From Octopus sinensis (taxonomy: Eukaryota): a stretch of DNA of 64,000 nucleotides. Below are positions 13,206-28,536 of this stretch, piece by piece. Location of the stretch: the NCBI RefSeq assembly GCF_006345805.1, contig NC_043012.1:56110001-56174000 (forward strand), in the 5' to 3' direction. A program made the position numbers and the translations under genes. How positions within the stretch are numbered: position 1 is the stretch's first letter; each line of letters opens with the position of its first letter. The notes under the pieces were generated by a model that searched no databases, was not told the origin of the DNA, and saw only the letters and a list, made by a program, of their open reading frames with translations.

Positions 13206-13852
13206 ATACACAGTTGTCTACACATCGCATGATGGTTGTAAATGAGCATCATTGCCATACAAGTAAAGTTGTTCATTTCTAGTCTTCCATGAAAAACATG
13301 TCTTATTATGTGGTGGGAGTGGGGGACTATTACATTGCTTAGAAACAAGTGAAAGTTGGTGACAGGAAAGGCATCCTGGTATCAGAATGAGGAATCTGCC
13401 TCATCAAATTCCGTCAGACCCATGCAAGCAAAGGAAAGTGGACATTAAATCAGAATGGTGATGAATGAGTAGGATGAATTCTGCTCAAGTGCCACCCATT
13501 TTTTGAAACTGATGTCACTGAGGCTTATCACATGTAACTGGGTGCTGAAGGTACCATTCCTACCATAATGAGACCAGTAACAGGCAACAGAATTTGAATG
13601 CAAACAGCTAGGATAGATAGATAGATGCCAAAGGCATTTTATTTAACACTAACAACTTTAGCATTTCAAAACCCAGGATGAAAAGTAAAACTGGTTTTAC
13701 TAAGATTTGAACTCAGAATGCAGAGAGCCAAAACAAATACTGAAAGGCATTCTGATATCTCACCATTCTTACTGGAATTAGACTGTCCTAAAGAAAACAG
13801 CAAATGTACCCAATAGAGAAATACTATAGGAACTACAGACTAGACAGAGACC

Positions 13853-14330
13853 TTTGCTGATGACACTGTCTTGCTCACTGAAGATGCTAAAAACCTATAG
13901 CAGCTCACATCAGAACTGCAGAAAAATACATGAAGAATTGATCTGAGAGTCAGTGTGAAGAAGACCAAAATGATGAACATTGCAAATGATGATCATCAAA
14001 TAACAACAATCTTAAAGATCAGTTAGCTTTATATCAAGACAGTTGACAGATTTATCTATCTGGGTAGCACCATCAGTAACAATAGCGATATTGAGACTAA
14101 CATCAAACATGGACTTGGCAATGCCACCACTGTGTTCTGGGGAGTGTGCACTGGCAGGGCATCCAATGCTGGACAGATCAAAGGATAGAAGTCAGACTAA
14201 TATGGACCACCACTTCACAGAGGAAAAACAAAAATGGGTTTGCATAGAGCTAACATCCCTATCTAGAAAAAGGGCAAAGTTACAGAAGCAAAAAATTACA
14301 ATTCAAAACCAACAAGATCTGAAAGAGAAA
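13853..14330 (+). mobile_element. Decayed non-LTR retrotransposon (RTE-like) reverse transcriptase fragment
   Basis: Translation with stops: FADDTVLL..NL*QL..LQ..LRVSVKKTKMM...VDRFIYLGSTISNNSDIETNIKHGLGNATTVF. These are the canonical LINE RT motifs (FADD, KTK.M, F.YLGS). Confidence 0.85.
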
Positions 14331-15297
14331 GGCCTTCTCTCATGGCAAATAAGTCTTGGTTGCCTGATGCTCCACAGGGAGTAAAGTGCCAATAAGCTAA
14401 CCTCCATGTGGTTGCTTGACCTAGAAATAGCAACCAAATTACCTTCAATACTTATCTGAAAAAAAAAAAGCAAGGGGTGCTGGATACATTGGATAATATG
14501 GTCTGACAGAAACAAGAAATGTGATTGCTCGTATGTCTAAAAATAACAGTCAAGTACCCTCAAATCACAGTGCACTGTCTTAAAAACAAAGAAAAAGAGC
14601 TGTATTGGATGATATAGCCCCAGCAACCATTAAAAAGAAATGATGGTTATAACTGGAATACCTCTTATAATAAAGATACTCCAGTTATACTTCTTATCAT
14701 AGAGGTATTACAGCTATAACTAGGGAACTATATATAAGATGCTTGGGGCTACAAAATAACCTCACCCAACACCTTTTACACACTTATGCAAGTAATATTT
14801 GCCATTTCTGATTCCCTGTCATCTTCAACCCACTTTTACATCACACACACATGCCTGTTCTACACTTCCAACAAATCTGCTACTTCAAAGTTTTTTTGTT
14901 TTTTTTTCCTACTGTAATATTAGTATACTTCAAAGACATTCATCAACAACCTGTCCATGTGAGAATACGTTTAAAGAGAAAAAGGTGAGAATGGGAGTGA
15001 AGTGAGAAAAAGAGGAAAGAGAGAAGAGAAGAGGGTTTGCTAGAAGTAAGGAGACAGGAGAAAACTGTGTGAGAGGGAGAGAATGACAAAGAAAAAAGGA
15101 AAAGAGAAGAGAAATAAAAGTGAGAAAGACAAAAAAATGGATAATATATTTATTTACTAACAACCAGTAGAAGTTACCAAAAGATGCATAAAACTCTCAG
15201 CCATTGAGTCACTCTCTGAAGCAGATGAATAAAAAAAAATGTTTTGAACTCATTTTTTGGTTTTATTTATATCAGCAAACCAATATGATATATATAT

Positions 15298-15801
<504 letters not shown>

Positions 15802-16332
15802 ATGAAATACCTTCTAAATGTTAAGCGTGACTATACTGACAACTAAAATGAGATTTTACTTGAACGACCATAAGATTTGCATTGAGAAAATAAACTATAT
15901 CAGGGTAATTAGCACTCGAGAAATATTGATTAATTCATTAATAATCTATATATGCTGTACATATAGTAGTTTTGTTAAATAATTGAAGGTAAAATTCAGA
16001 GTGAGAAAGAGAAGACATGTGAACCAGAGTGGAATAATTAAAAATCCCAAGGGAGAGTGTTGTTTAGCACCAGTTTGGCCTGTATCAAGCAGATTTTCAT
16101 CAAAAGGTATTCCAGCAGTGACCATCCCATCTTTTTCATTCAGAGATAATGTACTTAGGACTACATTATTCAATGTGTCTTTCATTTTTTAAAGATGGTA
16201 GGATGTGATTACAGAAAGATTTAGTTACAATTTCTCACTACCCAAACCATAGTAGAGGTCCTACATTGGCTCTCCATACAAGCCTGAGTAAGATTGAGAA
16301 AGACACACACACACACATATACACATATATAT

Positions 16333-16397
<65 letters not shown>

Positions 16398-19307
16398 GAA
16401 AGAGAGACATGAACAAAATGGCAATCTAAAACCATTCAAAATAAAAGCCATTTCTGCTGTTTAAAGGGAGCTTACATAGCAGTCTGAACTCACTTGGAGT
16501 AAAACTGCTTCAATGTTATCAAGAGCAGTGAAGGAAGTGGGAGGGTGGCTAGACAAGTCAGCCTCAGTGAAAGCATTCACATCTTCAATAAACATCAATA
16601 AGTGACCATTGAGAGAAAGGAAATGACACATGCTGCTGTTAAATTGACATAGTTGTTAGAGATTGTGTTGAGTATTCAGGCAAGAAAGGATCAGGATGTA
16701 GTGCTAGACAAGATGCTTTTTTTTTTGCTTTTTTCAACAGACCATTGATCAAGAGGTAGTATTAAATTACATGGCATGTAAAAACTATCAGTCAAAGATC
16801 AGGAAATAAGTGTTAAAATGAGAAACAGGTTAGGCCTGTATACAAAAACTTTCACAAAATTCTTATTTTATTCATCATCAGCATCGTTGCTTTTGGCATT
16901 CAGGTTACTAATGCAATGTTTATTCATTCACAAAGCTTTAGAATCTGAAAACTATCAGATAATTCATGATTAATTCAATGATAGGACTATTTAATTTTAG
17001 AATGACAGTGTAGGGTAAGTTGGAGAGACTGGACCTGGCCAATTTGAGCAAAAAAGTAGACAGAATATTTGGATAGAATATAGCCAGTTAGAATTCTAAA
17101 GGGCTAATGTCTGGTTTGTTTACATTTCCTTAGTTGCAGGAGTCAAACAAAATTATGTTGAAAGTTATTTTTTCTACAACCAGATGCTCTTCCTATCACT
17201 AACCCTCACCTGAATCTAAGCAAAGTAATGAATATTTTCCCTAATCTGTCAAACAATGAAAACCTGCACAGACATTTGTGGAGAATTGTAAACAAATGAC
17301 ACCGTTTTGCACAAGGAATAGTGTTTGTTTACAATCAATGTATATGTATGGAGGCAAGAACCCACAAACTCACAACACACACAAACAATGTTATATATGG
17401 TCGAGAAGCTTGCTTCCCAACCATTTGGTTCCAGGTTCAATCTCATGATACCTTAGGCAAGAGACTTCTGCTATAATCCTCAGTCAACCAAAGCCTTGTA
17501 AGTGGATTTAGTAAATATAACCTGAAAGATGTCTGTTGTGTGTATGTGTGCATGCATTTGTATGGGCTGGCTTCTATTTACCTTGACAACACCTGAATGT
17601 TACAGGTGAGTGACATCTTCCTACAAGCGGTGTCTTTCATTTTCAAATTCGTATGAAAATATCTCCAGTCACAGAGAAATATTGCCTTGCTTGGAAACAG
17701 GTGAGGGTTGACAATAGGAAGAGTGCCCTGCCATAGAAAATCTGTAGCTTCTGTCTTTCCAATTTTTGATTCACAAGGAGCTAGTGAACCTACAGTTATT
17801 GCAAAAGACACCAGCTGATGGTGTCCACACAGTGAGAACAAACCCAAGACCACATAATTCTAAAACAAATTTCTTAAGCCACACAGCCATGCCAACACCT
17901 TTATTTAAAAAAGACAAAATTAAAAAACAGAAATTCCAAAGTCTGCAGTAACAAAAAAAAAAAGTCTAGTTATTTAAGGTGTGTATTATAAATAAAATAA
18001 GTAGCAACTCTTACAATAAATCTCTGTCTGTTGCCCTCTGCTTAAACTAAATAGATGACAACAACATATGTTAATATAATTACACAACATACAATAAATA
18101 TATTAACTGAGTATAAAAGGGTATACAAGGTGTCTTACAAGCAGGTCTGCATTTAAACAGGTTTTACGACAACAAACTAGTGGCAATTGTGGTATGTATT
18201 TATTTAGTCTTGCCTAAATGTACACTGAAAAAGAATACATGTGCTAGACTATCAAAAGACTTGTGATATCAATCCAGTTGAATCCTCAGCTACAAGGTAA
18301 AAAAAAGCCCCTGTTCTCTTAGAGATTATATATACAATCTATACAGATTTTAAACTTTCAGCATTCAGATTACTATCAAATGTAATGCTTATTTAGTCAC
18401 ATTATTTTGAATTAATCATACAGTATCACATAGCTTTGCAATTTCAATGGCATGACTTGTTTTTTGTATATCTATATAGGTAAGGTGTGAGAAATCAGAT
18501 CGGGTCAGTTTAAATGCTAAAGGAGCAATAATCCTTAATCATCATACATTATTATTAATCTGTTGTGAATGAGAGGAGAAAACATGATCCTAGGTTGACT
18601 GGAAAGAGAAAGGTGGGCAAAACAAGTGATTTCTTTTATTTTATTGCAGGTGGCAGGATTTTAAACTAGAAAGCAGAGAAATTCTAAATGATGATATGCA
18701 TTTAGTTAGTGCTCTTCTGCTTCTAGCACTCCATTCATGTGTCTCATGGGCAATCATTTTCTCAGAAAACCTAGAACCAATTCATGACAACTAAGTGAAA
18801 TCTAATAAAAGTTATTAATTACACATATGTCAGGCTTCTGCACAATTTCCATCCATCAAATTACACTGACAATTTGTCATACTCAGACTATAGTAGAAAA
18901 TGCTTACCCAAAGTGGCAACCAAGGAGATTGAACCAAGAACCACATAGCAACTATAATACAGTCAAAACTTAAACCAAGTGAACTGAAAATCTAACACTT
19001 CCTAAACCCTGTGGAATTTCAAGAATTGGTACTTAGCCCCAATTCCATAAAATTTATGCCAATAAGAGAGAAAACTCCAGATTTATTACAAATAGCATTT
19101 GGAAAGGATTTGAAACCTATCCCCAAAAGCTAAATTAACATCCTGCTCAAAGATGAAATGCAACTCCAGAAGTGGATCTGAACATGCAATTTATGAAGAG
19201 ATAATCCTCATCCACTTAAGAACCTTAGTCATTTCATTTCTAAATTTTACACATCGCAATGAGTAAAAGGTATTTTTTATCACTCATGAACAAATTATTA
19301 TTCTTTT

Positions 19308-19497
19308 CTTTTACTCGTTTCAGTCATTTGACTGCGGCCATGCTGGAGCACCACCTTTAGTCGAGCAAATCGACCCCAGGACTTATTCTTTGGAAGCCTA
19401 GCACTTATTCTATCAGTTTCTTTTGCTGAACCACTAAGTTACCGGGACATAAACACACCAGCATCGGATGTCAAGTGATGTTGGGGGACAAACACAG

Positions 19498-19548
<51 letters not shown>

Positions 19549-19690
19549 TACAACGGGCTTCTTTCAGTTTCTGCTTACCAAATCCACTCACAAGGCTTTG
19601 GTTGTAGAAGACATTTGCCCAAAGTGACACGCAGTGGGACTGAACCCAGAACCATGTGGTTGGTAAGCAAGCTAGTTACCACACAGCCAC
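19308..19690 (-). mobile_element. Family A SINE
   Basis: Same head, (TA)n linker and 3' module. Confidence 0.85.
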
Positions 19691-20979
19691 TTTTTCTTTT
19701 ACTTGTTTCAGTCTTTGAATAACAGCCATGCTGGAGTACCACCTTGAAGGGTTTAGTCAAACAAAATAACCACAATTTTTTTTTTAAGTCAAATTTATTC
19801 TATTGATTCCTTTTGCTGAACCACTAAGTTATGGAGACGTAAACCAACCCCAAACCAGTTATCAGACAGTGGTGGGTGGAAACAAACACAAAGACACACA
19901 CACACACACACAGAGGTTGCACACAGCATCCATCTATCAAATTCACTTTGCTTAGATGGAACAATTAAATACACCTCCACGGACATGCGTAATCTTAACG
20001 TAGTTCTCAGGGGGTGGGGGTTCAGTATGACACAGAATGTGACAAGGCTGGCCCATTGAAATACAGGTACAATTCATTTTTGCCAGCTGAGTGAGCTGAA
20101 GCAATGTGAAATGAAGTGCCTTACCCAAGGACACAACGCGCAGCCTGGAATCAAACTCACGACCTTACAATCATGAATCATGTACGTTAACCACTAAGCC
20201 ATGTGTCTACTATCAAGCAATATACACACACACAATGAGCTTCTTTCAGTTTCCATAGAAGACACTTGTCCAAAGTGGGACCGAACCTGGAACTTTTTTT
20301 TAAATTATTATCATTTTTCTTAATCTAGCTAAATTCTATAGTCATCTCAAAACCCCCTACCAGACCAAGTATTTAGAGTGTGTTGCAGTCCTTGACTACT
20401 TAGAAAACATGAAACATTTAACTGTACACATTTCCCCAGTGATCCATTTAATAGGTGTCTCTACAGGCTACCAACACAGATTGTTACAAGATTAGTAAAT
20501 AGAAAAATAAAAAAGAAAGCAATTCACTAACATTAAAATTTACTTGTCAACAAGACAGTCTTTATGTATTGCTTCAACCTGGTAAAAATAGCAGCTAGAT
20601 CTCCACCAAATCACATCCTATTAGGAAAAACTTTGATGAAAAAGCAGATTATTATTTTTTGTGATAATTACATAAATCTTATGACAAATTAAACATTTTT
20701 AATAAATTACACATACAAGGAAAATACTTTTCACAAAGCAGATTAATTTATCTTATAGAGGAATAGAAAATTGAAGCTGCTTTTTTTTTAAGCCCAATAC
20801 TAAAATACTGAGCACTTACTTCTGCCAGAAAAAGCACTTAGTTGTTGTTGTTAAACCTTGGTTAGCCCTGACTGAGTAGACCCATGAGCAATGACATTCC
20901 AACCATGACCGTCCTGTTTTTTTAAAAGCTGCCCTTACAAAAGAAAGTGTTGTTTAGAAGAGATTTTGCTGCTATTTCT

Positions 20980-21186
20980 TATTTCTTTACTGCCCTCAAG
21001 GGAAAAACAAGGACAGACAAATGGAATAAGTCGATTATATCGACCCCAGTGCATAACTGGTACTTACTTAATCGATCCCGAAAGGATGAAAAGCAAAGTC
21101 GACCTCAGCGGAATTTGAACTCAGAACGTAGCAGCAGACGAAATGCCGCTAAGCATTTCATCTGGTGTGCTAACGTTTCTGCCAGC
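20980..21186 (-). mobile_element. Family B SINE monomer inserted in a family D repeat
   Basis: TSD TTGCTGCTATTTCT at 20966-20979 and 21187-21200. Confidence 0.85.
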
Positions 21187-21806
21187 TTGCTGCTATTTCT
21201 AGCAGGCTGAATGACCACATAGAGCCTCCTCAGTTAAGGTGCAGAATATGTACCTGACAGTCAGGGGCTAACTGTTATTAATTTGTTCACTTTTACCACT
21301 ACCAAAGTTTGAAGACAAGGAAATCTCCAAAACAAAGCAGTTGATTATGACACATGACAAAAGGCTAAAAATATGAATGACTAAAACCAATGCCACAACA
21401 GAGAGCCAGGTAAAACAACAAAGCCACACAGCTTAAACTATTTATTATTCTCCACTGGTACACCTGGAAAGGAACTAGCTTCAAACCCTTGTAAACACAC
21501 ACAAATAGCTGTCTTTTCAATAACACTAACAACAAAGAACGCTACAATGGATTTATTTAATCCAATAACTATAATACAAATCACCAAAATTCATAAAACC
21601 CTCAGGCTATTCAATATGAACATACTCAGGTCTTTGTTGCAGACGTGGCTGTAGGGTTAGGAAGTTCACTTCTAAACCATGTGGTTTTCGGTTCAATCCC
21701 ACTGCACAGCAGCTTGATCAAGTGGTTTCTTCTATTGCCCCAGATCAACCAATGCTTTGAATGGATTTGGTAGACAGAAACTATACAAAGTGTGTGTGTG
21801 TATGTG

Positions 21807-21849
<43 letters not shown>

Positions 21850-24800
21850 GCTTATCATTTGCACCTTTTGCTGAAAAATCAAATGATCTATAAGCAGCAA
21901 CATCTGTTGTCTGTCAAGAAACCATCTGCTGGTTCTGCACTTCTGAAGACATGTAGAATAAGAGCGGGCACACTTGATAAAGCAGATAAAGGTTAGAAAC
22001 TGGATGGGCATCCAGCTGTAAAACAATGACTCATACAGTCATCTAACCCATACTAGGATGGAAAAACAGATGTGAAAACAAATTACAGACAAAGAGTAAG
22101 TATCTCTACCTTCATGAGGACAAAATAATGATTGCTGAACCAAATATTATCTAGATTTGTCACAGTGTACAATATAATTTATATAAAATATAGAGAATAG
22201 AAATTCTCTTTCCAAAATATATCTTAGTCTTCTCAAAATAATTTTGTTTTTAAGAGTTCTTTGTCATTTATGCAGGAGGAACATTATTCGTAGGAACAGG
22301 TGTTTTTACAGTTGGTTACCCATCCTATTTATTAACTATTCAACCATAAAATAGGAGAGGAGCTTTTGAAGAATGGGGGTCAGCAAAGGTGCCTTACTCA
22401 TGAGGTACAACACAGAGGGTTGTATTCAAGACCATATAATCACTAGTTCATTGTAACTTCACAGCTAGTGGTCTCCATTATAGGACATAACAAAATAACC
22501 AATCAACCTTAAGTGACAAGAAAATGTTCTATAGAAGTGGAAGAAAGTGTATGGACATGACTTTCTGAGTTTATCTCCTTTCAGCTTGATTGGAATGTCA
22601 AACAAAATCACCCCACAGGTCACAATGGTTCATGATGCAGTACTTCACTAATCTTTCTGAGGGATGAAATGATTGAGAGAAACTATCAGAAACAAAACTG
22701 AAGACTCAAATGTACAGGTTAAGAGCAACAGACATTGGTCTGCAATGCACATTCAAATCCACAGTAGGTAGCATTTTGCATTTCTGAGTAGAAAAATTTA
22801 TTCTACATTCCCTCCTCAAGTTCACTCAGGTGCTGGAAATATGTACAAAATCATCTGGAAATGATACGAGCAACAAACTCGTTTAGCATCATAAAACTGA
22901 GGATAAATATTGATTTCAAATTTTGACACAAAGCCTGCAATTTTGAGGGAGGGTGTAAGTCAATTACATCAACCCCAGTACTCAATTGGTACTTACTTTA
23001 TTAACCCTGAAAGGATGGGAGACAAAGTGGGCCTCGGTGGAATTTGAACTCAGAACATGATGAACAAAATGCCACTAAGCATTTTGCCCAGCTTGCTGCC
23101 TTACTGATGCTAAATATTAACTTTCAGAGACCTCTTCCAAAGCTTTTAGAAGATATTATTTACAAAGAATGTTGTGCAATTAAGAAACTTGCTTCACAAC
23201 TACATGCTTTCTATCTCACTGCACAGCCCCTTGGGCAAGGGTCTTCATTCATAACTTGGAATCAAACAAAGCCTTGTGACTGAAATTTTATCAACAGTAA
23301 TGTGGCAGCCCACTTGAGGAACTGTTCATGAATGGTAAAATTAATCCTTTCCCAGTTTAACATCACAAATTGGTCCTTAGATGCTTTTAACAGAGACCAG
23401 CTAACTGTAAGCATTTAAACCAGGTCTTCATTCTAGAGATTTTAATAGTTTTATTGATGTTTATCTCCAAACCTGCACCATTGATTATTTCATACAAGTG
23501 AGGCTGTTTATTTCCAGTCTTCCAGGTAAAAAAAAAATCTCACCATGGGAAATATTACCTCGCTTGGAAACAAGAGTTGGTAACAAGACTGGCATCTGAC
23601 CTTAGAAAAGTGGACATTAAATGATGAACATTGGAGACAGTAACACTGTTTTGAGGATGACTTCTTCCAAACACAAAGTCCCTAGTGAGAAAAAAGAATG
23701 CAAGATAAATTTCTTCTTTGGCAAAACACTAGTCAACTGCAAGAATTTTTGTTTATCATCACCATCATCCTTTAACATCTGTTTTCCATGCTGGCATGGG
23801 CTGGACAGTTTTACTGAAAACTGGTAAGCTGTACCAGGTTTCAATCTGATTCAGCATTGTTTCTACAGCTATATGCCCTTCCTAATGTCAATCACTCCAA
23901 GAGTGTAGTGTGTGTATGGGTGTGTGTAGGCAGTCATTGCTGTGTGGTAAGATTGCTTCTCAACCACATGGTTCCAGGTTCAGCTCCACTGTGTGGCACC
24001 TTGAGCAAGTGTCTTCAACTATAGCTACAGTCCAACAAAAGTCTTATGAGTGGATTTAGTAGATAGAAACAAAGAAGCTTATCGTGTGTGTGTATGCGTG
24101 TGTCCATCCAACCACTGCTTGACAACCAGTGTTGTTGTGCTTATATACTTGTGACTTAGCAGTTTGGCAAAAGAGATTGATAAAATAAATACCAAGCTTA
24201 AAAAAAATAGTACTAGGATCAATTTGCTCAATTTAAATTCCTCAATGCTGTGCCCCAACATAGCCACCATATGTATTTAATTGTTCCATCTAAGCAAAGT
24301 GGGACAAGTAAAATGAAGTGTCATGTTCTGCAAAGAGAGTGAGAGATACTGATAGACAGACAGACAGAAAGAGAATGAAAATGCTTGCAGAAGGATATGA
24401 ATAAAAAAGAAAAAAATATACAAAGTAGCTTCATTCCTAAACCAATCAACCATAAGACCAGTAATATCCTCTTTCAATATGGAATTGGAACTAACCTATC
24501 AGTTGCTACAAAAGAAACGCAAGCTACAACTAAAATAAACACTTAAAATTAGTAACAGAAGCAAGATCAGCCCAGAGAGATTTCCTTAGTAAGAGATTTT
24601 CAAGAGAATAAAGAAGCATATTTGTAGTTAAAAGCATGCAAATGAAATCCATATTTGTCAATATATGGAAGGAATTTGAAGGGGGGAAAAAAAAATGTCC
24701 TAGATATTTTGAAAGTTACACATTGAAAAGTGTTTAATAAGAACGGTATGAGAGGATAATTTAATATATTTCGTGGCATATTTAGGATGCAAAGTAATGT

Positions 24801-25549
24801 TTACTAAGACTATTCTAAACATCCCAATCAGGCAAAAAACTGGAAAGTAAATAAATAAATTATGAAGTGATCTTGCATACTTTATCTTATAGCAAGAATA
24901 TTTTTAGTGGGGGGGGGGGCAAATATCTGTTGGTTAGATAGGAATAGTTCTAACACTTGATAACAACCCGCCCGAGATTGCCTTTGGTTTTATGATACAG
25001 AGTAAATAACTTTTAGAGTTTGTATTTAAATTAAAACACACCATCAAAATTTTTATACAAGAGCGCTTTAGGTCGTCTTCCAAACATCATCATAACAAAG
25101 TGAGAAAAAAGAAAACAAAACAGACATTTTACTAAACCCCTCCAGCTTCTCGATTGTTTTATAAACTGTAAAAACACAGGGAATGTATTTCAATAGAAAT
25201 ACAGTCACAAAGAGGTTAAAGACGTTAAATTTTATACATAAAAAGGATGTTGTAAAGCAGATTATTTTTATCCTATGTGAAACAAAGAAAAAAAAAAACA
25301 AATCGTAACTTTTGTACTAAATATGTCAGTAAGTACTTAAATTAAATAACGATCAAGTTGTCACTGATAAGGGTTTTAAGATCCGCATGCAACCTGACAA
25401 AGACCACAATATCAATAATAATAAAAAAAAACATAAAAAATGTTATATCAAAGAAACTCTACTGAATAAAGTGAATAAGCTTTTAATAGGGAAACTGCTA
25501 CGTAAATGACGGCAAATGCGATTTACACAGCACATTGGTTTTATTTATA

Positions 25550-25580
<31 letters not shown>

Positions 25581-26089
25581 AATCATCATCATTGTTTAAC
25601 ATCTGCTTTCCATGCTAGCATGGGTTGGACGATTTGACTGAGGACTGGCAAACCAGATGGCTGCACCAGGCTCCAATCTTGATCTGGCAGAGTTTCTACA
25701 GCTGGATGCCCCTCCTAATGCGAACCACTCCGTAAGTGTAGTGGGTGCTTTTACGTGCCGCTGGTCGGGCGGTGTGTGTGTGTGTGTATATATATATATA
25801 ACCCCACTTGTTACTTGTGCTAACTGTAGTAGTTGTTCAGCATGAGGTCGGCTCTGATCCAGTTGAGCTTTGACAAAAAGTGTTTTAGTTATGATCATCT
25901 TGTCTCATATTTAGACAAAATATATGCAAGACTAAATTATCCAATATGCCCTTCCATTTTTCAAAATAGAGTATGAGATTTCATAGCTATTTCTAGCAAG
26001 CCAAGCAATCGGAGTTTCCCTCTGCTTGTCACATCAGGTGCTGTTAGCTATATATCCTCATTAGTTCGCTAAGAACACTATATTTTATT

Positions 26090-26460
26090 GCTACCACCAT
26101 AAGGATACTATTGGTGACAAAACATAAGCAGTGAAGATGGTGTTAGACATCACTAAATACACTTGTTTGCCAAATATCATTTACAGATCATCATCTGCAA
26201 GAAATAGCAAATATGTTATTTTTCTTACAATAGTTTAGAAATGTTAGACATTGACCTTATCTTTGTAATTTCTATTGGAAGCACACTTCCGTTGGCCCTT
26301 TCTCAAATCAAATTTTCAAAATCTAAGAAAATGATCAACCCATGGAAGTGTAATATATGTGGGTATCTTTTCAGAACATTGGTTTAAAAAGCCATACCAG
26401 ATGCCATGATGGTGCTAAGGTGTAGGTACAGGAGGTGGTCAAGCTCTGCATAAGGAATAG
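26090..26460 (-). mobile_element. Highly decayed Penelope-like element, linker/GIY-YIG region
   Basis: EKIPTYITLPWV...LRK...C followed by a frameshifted NIFAISCR..SV..I(G)(K)TS-like segment, compare VIY.F.C.C...YIG.T. Confidence 0.4.
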
Positions 26461-27447
26461 ACAACCACCATATATATATATATAGGGCTTCTGAAAAAAG
26501 AACAGGCTGTAGATAACACAAAGGGCTAATCTGAATAAAATAGGAGCACGAAAAAATGAGCTAATGAGTCCACAAATATCACACCACTCCATCTCTTCAT
26601 ATCCTCATGATTTCCAGCCTTGCCACATGTCATCCAGCTTTTAAAATAAGGTACACAATGCCCCTCACCCACCCAACCCCACATGTCTCCGTCATAAGAG
26701 AAGATTAGAAGGATTAGCAATGGGAGGTCATCCAATCACAAAACACTGTTTCAGAAAATTAAACCAACTCATACCAGCATGGAAAAGTAGATGCTAAATT
26801 ATGATAGTGATATCCATATCATTTCACATCCACTTTTTCCATGGGTCGGATAAGTTTCACAGGATCTCTTGTATTCATTTGTAACATGTATATTTTTATC
26901 ATTGTCTTTACAGCTTGATGCCCTTTCTACTACCAACTATACAATATAAACTGGGTGTATTTTATTGTGCCACCAACAACACAAAAGAGATTGACTACCG
27001 CAGGATTAACAAAGGACAGTGTCCTTGCTACCTTTCATTCATTCAGAGAGAAAGACAAACAGACAGACAGGTAGACAGAAAATTTATACAAAAATAAGTA
27101 ACTTTGATATATGGTGAGTTCCCAAAGTCTGTTAACAAGTAAGGTTTTTAACTCAACATTACATAAAGACAAGACAAAATATACATGAAGACACAAGGTC
27201 TCAAATCTAGGGGTATGGGAATAGGTAATCGACCCCAATTCCTGACAGGTACTAATTTTATTGATCTCTAAATGATAACAGAGTATCATCATCATGGACA
27301 TCAGTATTTCAGTACCGCTTTTGCATGCTGGTGCAGGTTGTCAATGTGTAGTGTTTTGCTTCTTGCCACAAACCTTACTCATCCAGCACACCCATTCAAC
27401 TTCATTGCATTTTCTTTTAATGCCTTTTTGTTTTCTATACTTTACAG

Positions 27448-27570
27448 CTGGTACCTCTATCATCAAAAGTTTCAAAGTGTGAACTAAGAGAATTTTATCA
27501 AGTCAGTGACACTAGAGAGAGAGCTATTGGAGTTGTCTGTGCAAAGATTAAAGCAGCCCCACTAACCTGG
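27448..27570 (+). CDS. Possible internal coding exon of an unidentified gene (LVPLSSKVSKCELREFYQVSDTRERAIGVVCAKIKAAPLTW)
   Basis: Long pyrimidine-rich acceptor (cttttaatgcctttttgttttctatactttacag|), 41 open codons and donor TGG|GTCAGT. No homologue recognised. Confidence 0.3.
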
Positions 27571-28494
27571 GTCAGTTCTTGTTCAAAGTTAGTATCCTTC
27601 TAACTGGGTTGACTGCGACATGGCTCGAGATATCCACATGTCTATCATTCTGGTATAAACCTTTATCTAAGAGTTACTAGGTGCTTTTATTGTCCTTTTA
27701 TGAGTATGTTCAAAAACAACATTCCTATGAAACTAACCAAGCAAAAGAAGTTGAAAACCTGTGCAGACAGGTGAGAAACAAGAGCAGCAATATGTTAAAT
27801 CAACTATCTTCCTGCACAAGTATCGTCATAGGAAACAAAACAAAAAAAAACAAAAAAACTTATAGTAAATAAATGATTTTTTTACAGTGATGATAATAAT
27901 GATCAATATTGATTTTAATTTTTCATGAAACTACTACAGGTAACACTGAAGGTAGGAAATAATAAATAAAAAAAAGCCTCAAACACACATATATATACAT
28001 GCAGTTGTTGACAGCTTTAAGTCAGCAATGATTTAAAACAAAATGATGGATGGATGCATGCACATTGATTTTTTTTTTTCCTTTTTAAAGATAGTAGGAT
28101 AATCTGAGGAAGATGTAGCTACTATTTCTATTAGATCAAAGAAGTGAACAATTACCTTCCTACACATATACATCTATTGCTGATTAGCTATAGGTGAGAC
28201 CCAACTGAGAAGACTTATAAAGGTATTCCAAGTGTGACCATCATGTCTCATACTACACACACACACACACCATGAACTACATTATTTTAATGTTTATTTT
28301 TATGTCAGGATATAATAATAACGATTTTATATTATACTGAAGGATTACTCATTACTTTTTGTAGAATATACATTTATTATACTTTTACAAGAATGATGAC
28401 AGTGACTTCAAAGCTTAGCCTTTGCCAGATATTCTGCTGAAAGGCACCAGATCGAAACTTCGAAGTCACTACCACTACACTTCTTGTGATACAA

Positions 28495-28536
<42 letters not shown>

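Noticed and set aside
16500-16640. Splice-flanked open frame on the minus strand (SMCHFLSLNGHLLMFIEDVNAF..LDNIEAVLLQ|GTGAGT)
   Set aside because: It resembles a decayed LINE AP-endonuclease segment (compare GGV..YIK...IEAV.V.I) more than a host exon. Not excluded, but unsupported.
18950-19300. Partly open + strand frame that might be a transposase relic (also 21240-21620 and 11520-11700)
   Set aside because: No diagnostic motif could be recognised.
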